Source of the DNA: Dehalococcoidia bacterium
GTDB lineage: Bacteria > Chloroflexota > Dehalococcoidia > Lucifugimonadales > GCA-2712585
Direction: 5' to 3'
Assembly (NCBI GenBank): GCA_965207845.1
Contig: CBDBNU010000003.1
Coordinates: 52,941 to 116,940 of the forward strand
DNA length: 64,000 nt
The notes beneath the pieces were generated by a model that saw only the letters and a program-made list of their open reading frames with translations, ran no database searches and was not told the DNA's origin. Shown piece after piece: positions 45,656 through 53,784 of this stretch. Within the stretch, counting starts at the first letter, position 1. The number at the start of each line of letters is the position of its first letter. A program made the translations under genes and the position numbers.

Positions 45656-45916
45656 TTACTCCCCAAAGAAGAACCGCCACCAGCGTCGGCGCTTCTTCTT
45701 TGGACCTTGCTTCTGTTCTTGACTCTCAGGCCTCTTGTAGTATCTAACCTGCTGAACGTCGGACTCGTGCTCGAGGGGCCCCTGCTCCTCCGAAGACTGG
45801 GCATACTTCCCCTGTTTCATCTCAAGATCGTATGCCTGCTGCTTCATCTCCGCCTCACGCTGCCTCTGCTCCGCCAACATTCGCGCCTGGTGTTCGTTGA
45901 ATTGCATGGTCTTCAC
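45656..45916 (-). CDS. charged mini-protein paralog 1 (86 aa, tail KKKRRRWWRFFFGE)
   Basis: TAAGGAAG ribosome-binding site. Q/E/R-rich helical sequence. Same C-terminal tail. Confidence 0.65.
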   Translation of the reverse strand: MKTMQFNEHQARMLAEQRQREAEMKQQAYDLEMKQGKYAQSSEEQGPLEHESDVQQVRYYKRPESQEQKQGPKKKRRRWWRFFFGE

Positions 45917-46077
45917 TTCCTTACATCGCCCAGCCTCAAGAAATTGCCGATGGTCGATTCCCCCAACCCCGGAGGGGGAATTGGCGAAATCTCGGCTATC
46001 CCCGACTGTGCAGCGGATGATGACTCCCTTGTGGACTCCTTCAGGTTAGTCACCGCATTATCCTCAATGCAATAGGA

Positions 46078-46653
46078 TCATCGGAGAATTATCGGAGTTC
46101 TAAAACCACCTTCCCCGCTGCCGGAAAGGTCAAGGCCGCCGGTCAAGCCCAATACGATGAAGTTCAGGATGACAACCGGTATGAACGCGAGCAGTATCAC
46201 GAATACAGCCCTTAGTGTGGACGTGTAGTCCAGGCTCTGCCGAACGGCAACCACCATGCATACAAAGGTCCACGCAAACGTAACGAGATAGACTATCCCG
46301 CCGACGGTGGGTATGAAAATAAGGAAGTTGAGTATTCCGGGTGCCTGCGCGTACCCGGTGGTCCTTGCCAGCTGTCCCCAGTCGGCATCCGTGTCCACAA
46401 CGTCGAAGGCTATTTCCCCAACGGCCCAGGTGAATAGCGCCCAGGCAGCCCAGCTCGCCATTCCTCGGATGACGCCCCTGATCAGCGTCCACCACAGCCC
46501 CGTCTCCTGCCCCGAAAGAAGTTCGCCGCCTACGGTGGCCGCGGAGACCAGTACCACGATGATTACAGCTTGCCAGATTGCACTCTTATCATGCTCTATG
46601 TCCTCGTAGGTCGCGGACCTCAGACGGAGGGCGCCAATCATTCTTAACAGCAT
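46078..46653 (-). CDS. Yip1-family integral membrane protein
   Basis: 191 aa. Short cytosolic N-terminus (RLRSATYEDIEHDKSAIWQA) followed by about 5 hydrophobic helices, which is the bacterial YIP1/DUF1282 layout. AAGGAGG upstream. Confidence 0.65.
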   Translation of the reverse strand: MLLRMIGALRLRSATYEDIEHDKSAIWQAVIIVVLVSAATVGGELLSGQETGLWWTLIRGVIRGMASWAAWALFTWAVGEIAFDVVDTDADWGQLARTTGYAQAPGILNFLIFIPTVGGIVYLVTFAWTFVCMVVAVRQSLDYTSTLRAVFVILLAFIPVVILNFIVLGLTGGLDLSGSGEGGFRTPIILR

Positions 46654-46742
46654 CGGATGATCGAACCTCCTTGGGTTTGTGGAGCACCGACGGGTAGTCG
46701 TGGAGAATCTTGTCTAAGATAAATCAGATGAACCCCGACGGT

Positions 46743-46778
46743 GTTTACCCTACCTGAAAGGGGGAAGGGCGACAAGGC
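46743..46778 (+). repeat. 36-nt direct repeat, copy B
   Basis: See copy A at 44511-44546. The two copies bracket the Yip1 plus mini-protein cluster. Confidence 0.7.
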
Positions 46779-46892
46779 GTGACTGAAGGGGGTTGAGGGA
46801 TGGTGCGAGTGCGCTTCCTGCAATTCTCGCCAATTTGACGTCCCTTCGTCGCGTGGTGATAATCGCAACAACTATTCCTGCGGAGCGAGGAT

Positions 46893-48086
46893 TTGCCCAA
46901 AACTGCCGATGTAGTCGTGATTGGGGCCGGCGTAGTCGGCTGCTCCGTCGCCTACTATCTGGCCCGGGAAGGCGTGGACGTCATCCTGCTTGAGAGGGAA
47001 GCCATCGGCAGCGGGGCTTCCGCTCACGCCACCGGCTCCCTGAGCCTGCTGGGGGCGGAGTTCACGCCGGGGCCTTCCTTTGAGATGGCCCGGGCCTCTT
47101 ACGCCGAGTTCAAGTGGCTAGTGCCGGAGCTTGAAGCCGCCACCGGCATGGACCTGCTCTACCAGCGTCGACCGTCGCTCCGGTTGGCCCTCGAAGACGA
47201 AGAAGCGGAACTTATCAGGAGCATGCTGGTGTGGCAGCAAGACCACGTTAAGATGCGCTGGATCGACGCCGAAGAAGTCCACTCCATCGAACCTCGTCTG
47301 TCCTCCTCTATCGTCGGCGCGGTGTATGAGGACGAGTCGGCGCAGTTGGACAGCTACCGCTTCAACCTGGCGCTGGCCCGCGCCGCGGAACTCAAGGACG
47401 CGGAAATCCTGTACCGCGAAGTGACGGGCCTGATCAAGAGGGGTGGACGCATAGTCGGTGTCAAGACCGCCGCGGAGGAGATTCACTGCGGCACGGTGGT
47501 TGTGGCCGCGGGCTCGTGGAGCCACGCCTTCGCTCCCTGGCTGGGATTTCCCGTCCCCGTTAGACCGATGAAGGGTGAGCGGCTGCTGCTGAACTACCCC
47601 GGCGAACCCCTTCAGGTGCTGATAAGCTCTCCCAGGCGCGGGCACATGATCAGCCGGACGGACGGCTTTCTCAGCGTCGGCAGCACCGGCGGCCGCGACT
47701 ACGACCGGAGGGAGCTTTTTCTGGGGGAGGAGTTCGACCGACAGCCGACGGAATCCGCCCGGCTGGAGCTACTGCAGCGCGCCATCGACGTGTTTCCGGA
47801 CCTGGAGCGGGCCGAACTTGTCCAGCAGCTTGCCGGTTCCCGGCCTCTGAGCCCCGACGCCAAGCCGATCATCGGCCCTGTGCCGGGGCTGGAAGGGGCG
47901 CTGCTGGCGACCGGCCACGCCACCAAGGGTATCCACCTGGGGCCGATCACCAGCCGCATCATCGCCGACTACGTCTGCCGGGGTTCGACCAGCGCCGTCT
48001 CCGACATGGCCCAATTCCTCCCGGACCGCTTCGCGGGGGCGACTGACGGGGATTTTCTGGCGGCGGCGGAGCGGGTGGAGGAGTAG
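46893..48086 (+). CDS. FAD-dependent oxidoreductase (DAO/sarcosine-oxidase-beta-like)
   Basis: ADVVVIGAGVVGCSVAYYLAREGVDVILLE dinucleotide-binding motif. 397 aa. TTG start with GGAGCGAGGA upstream. Confidence 0.8.
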   Translation: MPKTADVVVIGAGVVGCSVAYYLAREGVDVILLEREAIGSGASAHATGSLSLLGAEFTPGPSFEMARASYAEFKWLVPELEAATGMDLLYQRRPSLRLALEDEEAELIRSMLVWQQDHVKMRWIDAEEVHSIEPRLSSSIVGAVYEDESAQLDSYRFNLALARAAELKDAEILYREVTGLIKRGGRIVGVKTAAEEIHCGTVVVAAGSWSHAFAPWLGFPVPVRPMKGERLLLNYPGEPLQVLISSPRRGHMISRTDGFLSVGSTGGRDYDRRELFLGEEFDRQPTESARLELLQRAIDVFPDLERAELVQQLAGSRPLSPDAKPIIGPVPGLEGALLATGHATKGIHLGPITSRIIADYVCRGSTSAVSDMAQFLPDRFAGATDGDFLAAAERVEE

Positions 48087-48285
48087 GGGGTGGGGGCTTA
48101 AACCAACAGACGTGGCACCCAGCTATGGGAGACCAACATTTTGGAGGCCCTTGGTTGAGCTATCCCTCTTCAAGTCCGTGAATTCCGCAGAACGACAATC
48201 TCCAGTGGTACGCATCATTAACAGACCAAATCAATAGTAATTCACCGACGTTGTCTTTAGAAAATTGTCCTACTCACTGGAAGGT

Positions 48286-48774
48286 TTAGCGTTTCGAGGT
48301 TCCAGCGAGTCTATCATGAACTTGCCGGAGCGTGGGAAAACTTTCAAACGTATCCTTCTGTACCGTCGTGGTTGTGTACAGCAAGAAATATCTTGGTCCT
48401 CGGGCGTTAGCAATCTCGTTGGAAATCTGATCAAGCTTATTGACCAGCATTCTTAGTATGTCCTTTAGACTCGCATTTCGTTGAATTGATGCTTTCCTGT
48501 TTCGCCTCTCATGTGTCAATCCACGTATCCAGACTACACTAATACTTGCTGCCGCCAACAGGCCTTCATGTCGTATCTTGGCACGATCGTCCTTTGTGAT
48601 CCATACCTGATCGCGCCGCCCCATTTCAGGAATAAGATCTTCGTCCCTCGTCCCCTTGGAGGCTAGAACGACAGGGAAGCCGACGGCTTTAAGGGTTTTA
48701 CCTATGATGAGCGGTAAACACTCATCATAGCAGTAAGAAACCCGCTTAACTTGCGAGTCTGTTTTCCCAGGCAA
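48286..48774 (-). CDS. DUF5615/Mut7-C-type PIN-like protein (putative toxin)
   Basis: N-terminal CYDECLP...KTLKAVGFPVV...DEDLIP...WITKD resembles DUF5615. TTG start with a GAGG ribosome-binding site. 29-nt overlap with the upstream DUF433 gene. Extra C-terminal region of about 70 aa. Confidence 0.55.
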   Translation of the reverse strand: MPGKTDSQVKRVSYCYDECLPLIIGKTLKAVGFPVVLASKGTRDEDLIPEMGRRDQVWITKDDRAKIRHEGLLAAASISVVWIRGLTHERRNRKASIQRNASLKDILRMLVNKLDQISNEIANARGPRYFLLYTTTTVQKDTFESFPTLRQVHDRLAGTSKR

Positions 48775-49444
48775 TCGCCGCCTCTACTTGTTTAACAGGC
48801 AATTCATAAGCCCAAGCCAGTCTTTCTGGAGGATCACCGGCCTTGGCCATTGACCAAAGGACTTGTGTAGCAATTCTAGTTCCCTTGATGCACGGTTCCC
48901 CAAAAGCAACCTTAGGATCAAGGACAATGTCTTCCTCTGGCTCCCAAGTCGTTGGGTGCTCATTCTTGTCAAACACCAAGTTGTGCATTGGTCCAACGAA
49001 GAGTTCCACAAAGTTAAAGGCCGCCTGCCAGTTTCTCGTAATGGCGATGGGGATATCGCTATCCTGAATATAGATGCGCAGTCCTGATATCCAAATTGGC
49101 TCCATGGCAAATGGGTGAGCCCACCCCCTTGTCCTCTGGAGTTCGTCATGTGCGAGGCGTATTTCCGTTGATGTAACTCCATGCGCCCTGAAAATCGCAA
49201 TTAGCCTTAGGCTAATCAGATCTAGAAAAGTAAGGGCCACGTCGTTTCCTCTGAGGCCAGTGAGGTACTGTCCAGCCAGTCCGTCTCGAACCCATCGGAA
49301 TACATGGCGGGAAGTTACCTTCATGGAAGAATGGCAGACAATTGCCTGCTCATTTGCCTGCGGCGAGGTAGCTTGGATCAGTGACACAGCATCTATCACT
49401 GGGTAAACGCCAGAGTGTGTTGGTCTACTGAAAGTTGTGACCAT
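48746..49444 (-). CDS. DUF433-domain protein with about 170-aa N-terminal extension (putative antitoxin, VapB45-like layout)
   Basis: C-terminal DPKVAFGEPCIKGTRIATQVLWSMAKAGDPPERLAWAYELPVKQVEAAIAWE is the DUF433 pattern. ATG at 49444 is preceded by GGGAGG 6 nt upstream. Confidence 0.65.
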   Translation of the reverse strand: MVTTFSRPTHSGVYPVIDAVSLIQATSPQANEQAIVCHSSMKVTSRHVFRWVRDGLAGQYLTGLRGNDVALTFLDLISLRLIAIFRAHGVTSTEIRLAHDELQRTRGWAHPFAMEPIWISGLRIYIQDSDIPIAITRNWQAAFNFVELFVGPMHNLVFDKNEHPTTWEPEEDIVLDPKVAFGEPCIKGTRIATQVLWSMAKAGDPPERLAWAYELPVKQVEAAIAWENRLAS

Positions 49445-49727
49445 AAATGACCTCCCTTCCCCTACCACTTAGCCCTAGGAAAGATGGGCGAACTTGATTG
49501 AATCTTATCCCGTTTAGCTAGCTACCGTCAAAGTCTTCCCTTCTAAGTTTTCGAAATATTGGTGATTCTCGCTGTGCTAGTCGTGATGAGACTTTTTTCA
49601 ATTGGATTGAGGCGTGACAATTCCATCGGTCAAGCCTGACTTCACGAAGGATCAATGCAGCGGCGTCACATCTCTAGTATTATCATTTCCAAAGTCCAAA
49701 GGCACCCGATTGCCACACCCCATCCCC

Positions 49728-51257
49728 CTACACCGCCCAGCGGGGCCGGTACTGCAGCGCCTCAGCCAGGTGCTGCACCTCGATGGAGTCGGAGGCGGCG
49801 AGGTCTGCGATGGTGCGGGAGAGTTTCAACACCCGGTGGAAGGCGCGGGCGCTCAGGTTCAGCTGGTTCATGGACGCCTGCAGCAGCTTCTGACAGTCCT
49901 GCCCCACCTGGCAGAAGTCCCAGACCTCCGCGGGGCCCATTTCCGCATTCGTGGTGAATGGCATCTCGTCGAACCGGCGACTCTGCACCTCGCGGGCCTT
50001 CTCCACCCGGACCTGCACGTTGGCCGAGCTCTCGCCGTCGGCGTCGTCCATCAGCTTTTCGTACTCCACCGCGGGAACCTCTACGAACATGTCCATCCTG
50101 TCCATGAGGGGGCCGCTGATGCGACGCTGGTACTTCGACACCATGCCGTGACTGCACCTGCACTCCTTCTTGGCGTCGCCGTAGAATCCGCAGGGGCAGG
50201 GGTTCATGGCGGCGAGCAGCATGAAGTTGCACGGAAACGTGACGTTCCACTGGGCGCGGCTGATGGTCACCACGTGGTCTTCCATCGGCTGACGCAGCGA
50301 CTCCAATACATTGTGTCCGAACTCCGGCAGCTCGTCTAGGAACAGCACGCCCCGGTGGGCCAGGGTGATTTCTCCCGGACGGGGGGTGCGTCCGCCGCCG
50401 ACCAGGCCCGCGTGGGAGGTGGTGTAGTGGGGCGACCGGAAGGGACGCTGCCGGATGAGGGGCTGGTCCGTCGGCAGCATGCCGGAGATGCTGTAGACCT
50501 TGGTCGCCTCCAACGCCTCCCGGGGGTCCATGGCCGGCAGCACGGAGGGCATGGTGCGGGCAAGGAGTGTCTTGCCGCTGCCCGGCGGCCCGGTCATCAT
50601 CAGGTTGTGCATGCCGGCGGCGGCTACCTCCATGGCGCGCTTCGCGTTCTCCTGCCCCCGAACGTGGGAGAGGTCCGGCCCCACATATGGCAAGGAGTCC
50701 TTGGCCAGCATCAGGTTGTCGACGGGGCACGGCTCTATGGCGGAATCTCCCCGGAGGTGGGAGACCACTTCCCCCAGGGACGAGACCGGCATGACGGTGA
50801 CGCCCTCCACCAGCGCGCCTTCTTTGGCGTTTTCGGTAGGAAGGAAGACGTGGTCGAAGCCCGCGTCCTTGTCCATGGCGACCATGGGGAGGATGCCCTT
50901 GGTATGGCGTGTAGCGCCGTCGAGAGAAAGCTCCCCCAGGAAGAGAACGGTGCTGGACTGCTCCTCAAGCTGGCCCGAACTGGCGAGGATGCCGATGGCG
51001 ATGGGCAGGTCGTAGGAGGGGCCTTCCTTCTTCATGTCGGCGGGCGCGAGGTTGACGGTGATGCGGCGCATGGGGAACTCGCAGCCGGAGTTTCGGATGG
51101 CGGCGCGGACCCGCTCCCTAGCCTCCTGCACCGCCGCGTCGGGCAGGCCGACGATGTTGAAGCGGGGCAAGCCGGGGGAGATGTCCACCTCCACCTCGAT
51201 GATCGCGCCCTCCAACCCGAAGATGGCGCAACTCTTGACTTTGGTCAGCATGGGCAT
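49728..51257 (-). CDS. comM: YifB/ComM-family Mg-chelatase-like AAA+ protein
   Basis: N-terminal LTKVKSCAIFGLEGAIIEVEVDISPGLPRFNIVGLPDAAVQEARERV. Walker A GPPGSGKT. GVLFLDELPEF. 509 aa. Confidence 0.9.
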   Translation of the reverse strand: MPMLTKVKSCAIFGLEGAIIEVEVDISPGLPRFNIVGLPDAAVQEARERVRAAIRNSGCEFPMRRITVNLAPADMKKEGPSYDLPIAIGILASSGQLEEQSSTVLFLGELSLDGATRHTKGILPMVAMDKDAGFDHVFLPTENAKEGALVEGVTVMPVSSLGEVVSHLRGDSAIEPCPVDNLMLAKDSLPYVGPDLSHVRGQENAKRAMEVAAAGMHNLMMTGPPGSGKTLLARTMPSVLPAMDPREALEATKVYSISGMLPTDQPLIRQRPFRSPHYTTSHAGLVGGGRTPRPGEITLAHRGVLFLDELPEFGHNVLESLRQPMEDHVVTISRAQWNVTFPCNFMLLAAMNPCPCGFYGDAKKECRCSHGMVSKYQRRISGPLMDRMDMFVEVPAVEYEKLMDDADGESSANVQVRVEKAREVQSRRFDEMPFTTNAEMGPAEVWDFCQVGQDCQKLLQASMNQLNLSARAFHRVLKLSRTIADLAASDSIEVQHLAEALQYRPRWAV

Positions 51258-51396
51258 TGCCGTGAGATCGGATAGGTCCTAGATCGAATGCCCCGGCATT
51301 GAATAGTGCGGTACTCTGGTTCCGTGTAGATGGCTATTGCTTTAATCATAGGGGACATTATAGTCTAAACATGCATCAAATAGAACAGACACACGG

Positions 51397-51759
51397 TTGC
51401 ATTTTGCACACAGATTGGCTCACATCGACAGGGTGCCTGAGCAGGTGATTGTCAACGAGTACCTGCCCGGACAGGGAATCGCGATGCATACGGACCACCG
51501 GGGTTTCGGCCTCACGGTCTGCACCATATCTCTCGGCGACGATTGGGAGATGGATTTTTCCGAGAATTGGGACGAAAAACGGCCCGCCCTGCTACATCGT
51601 CGCTCTCTGGTGCTTCTGACCGGCGAGGCCCGGTCGGTCTGGCAGCACGGAATCGCCCCCAGGAAGTCCGAACCCGCGAAAGGCGGACGGCGGAATCGAC
51701 GTCGACGCCTGTCTCTAACCTTCCGCACCGTCCTCAACCGGGACGGCGTCAACGACTGA
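51397..51759 (+). pseudogene. N-terminally short AlkB-like 2OG-Fe(II) oxygenase (probable remnant)
   Basis: Contains the core NEYLPGQGIAMHTDH (H-x-D), WQHGI and RLSLTFR. It is only 120 aa with a TTG start, and only about 140 nt of AT-rich DNA lies upstream, so the usual 60-90-aa N-terminal region is absent. Confidence 0.5.
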
Positions 51760-51777
51760 TTTTCGTTGGCGAGGCTT

Positions 51778-53007
51778 CTAGAGGGAGTTGACGAACTCCT
51801 CGCCGCCCTTCATCACCAGCTTGATGCGCTGCTTGTCGAGAAGGCAGGTGACGTCTGCGAGGGGATCGCCATCCACCACAACCAGGTCCGCCAGCTTCCC
51901 TTTGGCGATGGTGCCCAATTCTTCTCCCTGCCCCAGAAGCTCCGCGGCGGTTCCCGTGGCGGAAACGAGGGCCTGCATGGGCGTCATTCCGGCTTCCTCC
52001 ACCATGCACTTCAGCTCACCGGCATTGTCGGGGTGGCCCCAACCGCCCGCGTCGGTGCCCGCCACAACTTTGACGCCTGCGTCGAGGGCCTGCCGGATGC
52101 TGTCCAGGTGGTCGGCGTGGAGCGTTCGTGCCCGGGCCTTCACGTGGTCCTGCACGTTCTCCCGGTGGTAGACGTACACAAGCAGGGTGGGCACGTAGAA
52201 GATGCCCTTCTCGGCCATCATGGGAATCAGATCCGGGTCTTCGTTCAGGTACGTACCGTGCTCGATGCTGTCGACGCCGACTTCCAGGGCGAGGCGAAGG
52301 CCGGAGCCGCCGAGGGCGTGGCACATCACCCGCCGACCCAGGTCGTGGGACTCGTCCACCAGGGCCTGCATCTCCTCGCGGGTGAACTCGCGGTCGAAGG
52401 GGCCGTGGCCCGGGCGGGAGCTGGCCCCGCCGGTGGAGGCGCACTTGATTACCGTCGCGCCCATGCGGCATAGCTCCCGCACCTTGGCGCGGATGGCGCC
52501 CGGGCCGTCGGCGACGCCGGAGGGGAGGTTGAGGTTCATCGGCGGCGGGCAGCAGTGGCCGGAGGGGCTGCGAACGTCAGAGAGGCCGCCGGTGGGGGAG
52601 ATGAGGGAAATGCTGAGGGTCAGGCGCGGGCCGGGGATCAGCCCCTCGTCCACCGCCAGCTGGAAGCCGTGGTCCAGGCCTCCGGCGTCGCGGACGGAGG
52701 TGTAGCCCATCTCCAGGGTGTCCTGGAGCACTTCGGCGGTGCGCAGGTGGCGCAGGCTGGCGGGGGCGTCCAGTTCCCAGCGGTCCATGAGGCCGTAGCC
52801 GGTGTGTCCCAGGTGGTCGTGGCAGTCGATGAGGCCGGGTAGGAGGGTCATGCCGGAGAGGTCTACCACCGACGCGCCGGCCGGGGTGGGGACGGCGTTG
52901 GCCGCGCCCGCTTCGACGATACGCTCGCCATCGACGACGACGGCTGCGTTGGGGATGGGGTCTCCGCCCGTACCGTCGATGAATGTTGCGCCCTTGAGAA
53001 CCTTCAT
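51778..53007 (-). CDS. amidohydrolase-superfamily metal-dependent hydrolase
   Basis: MKVLKGATFIDGTG...VVVDGERIV...LPGLIDCHDHL (H-x-H), later HA and D motifs. 409 aa. Confidence 0.8.
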   Translation of the reverse strand: MKVLKGATFIDGTGGDPIPNAAVVVDGERIVEAGAANAVPTPAGASVVDLSGMTLLPGLIDCHDHLGHTGYGLMDRWELDAPASLRHLRTAEVLQDTLEMGYTSVRDAGGLDHGFQLAVDEGLIPGPRLTLSISLISPTGGLSDVRSPSGHCCPPPMNLNLPSGVADGPGAIRAKVRELCRMGATVIKCASTGGASSRPGHGPFDREFTREEMQALVDESHDLGRRVMCHALGGSGLRLALEVGVDSIEHGTYLNEDPDLIPMMAEKGIFYVPTLLVYVYHRENVQDHVKARARTLHADHLDSIRQALDAGVKVVAGTDAGGWGHPDNAGELKCMVEEAGMTPMQALVSATGTAAELLGQGEELGTIAKGKLADLVVVDGDPLADVTCLLDKQRIKLVMKGGEEFVNSL

Positions 53008-53146
53008 GGCCCGCCTCCCGTGAAGACTAGGCCCAACTTATTCCGAAGGGGGACGGCTGTCAAGGATGGGGGGAGGCGGCCCTTTCTACCTGCACCGAAT
53101 TTGGGGTATAATCCCTCTCTAATTCACGCCAAAGGGGAGTCCTGCC

Positions 53147-53665
53147 GTGCGCGTACTGTTTCTGGAAGACGTTATCAACGTGGCCAACGCCGGGGAGATC
53201 AAGGAAGTGAAGAACGGCTTTGCCCGCAACTACCTGCTGCCCAAGAATCTGGCCACCATCGCCACACCGGAGCAGATGAAGCGCATCGCCAAGCTGCAGA
53301 AGGTAGCGGAGGAACGCCGCGTCCGTGAGACGGGCGACAAGCAGGCCCTGGCCCGCATTCTGGAGGGCACCACCCTGGAGATTCCGGGCAAGGTCGGCCC
53401 CACCGGTCGCTTCTACGGAGCCATCTCCGTCACCCGCATCCTGGAGGAGTTGGAGACGGCTACGAACCAGAGAGTCGCGCGCCGCATGGTCGAGTTGAGC
53501 GAACCCATCCGGGAGCCGGGCGACTACCGCATCAACCTGCGGCTGCACCAGAACGTGTCGGCGGAGATCACCGTCATCGCCCAGGGAGAGGGCCAGGAAG
53601 ACTACGAGGCCGAAGACGAGCCGGAAGCGGAGGCGCCGGTCTCCGAAGTTTCCGAAGAGGAATAG
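53147..53665 (+). CDS. rplI: 50S ribosomal protein L9
   Basis: (GTG)RVLFLEDVINVANAGEIKEVKNGFARNYLLPKNLA. 172 aa with an acidic C-terminal extension. AAGGGGAG ribosome-binding site. Confidence 0.92.
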   Translation: MRVLFLEDVINVANAGEIKEVKNGFARNYLLPKNLATIATPEQMKRIAKLQKVAEERRVRETGDKQALARILEGTTLEIPGKVGPTGRFYGAISVTRILEELETATNQRVARRMVELSEPIREPGDYRINLRLHQNVSAEITVIAQGEGQEDYEAEDEPEAEAPVSEVSEEE

Positions 53666-53735
53666 GGCCGGGGAATCACCCCGCCCTTGTTTCCAGTCCC
53701 GCCCTAAACAGGGCGCAAAGAACAGGGTACGCATT

Positions 53736-53767
53736 GGGGCAGGCTTCAGACCTGCCCCTCTTTCTTG
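53736..53767 (+). terminator. putative terminator/attenuator after rplI
   Basis: GGGGCAGG-CTTCAGA-CCTGCCCC hairpin followed by TCTTTCTT. Confidence 0.45.
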
Positions 53768-53784
53768 AGGAGGTTTTACGTCCT

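Noticed and set aside
45439-46075. ORFs 45439-45804(-) and 45644-46075(+)
   Set aside because: They overlap the mini-protein genes in other frames or on the other strand, lack ribosome-binding sites and span intergenic spacers. The four tail-bearing ORFs each have a Shine-Dalgarno sequence.
49614-51275. Plus-strand ORFs 49614-50339 and 50355-51275, and minus-strand off-frame 49762-50730
   Set aside because: Shadows of comM, which has Walker motifs and the YifB N-domain.
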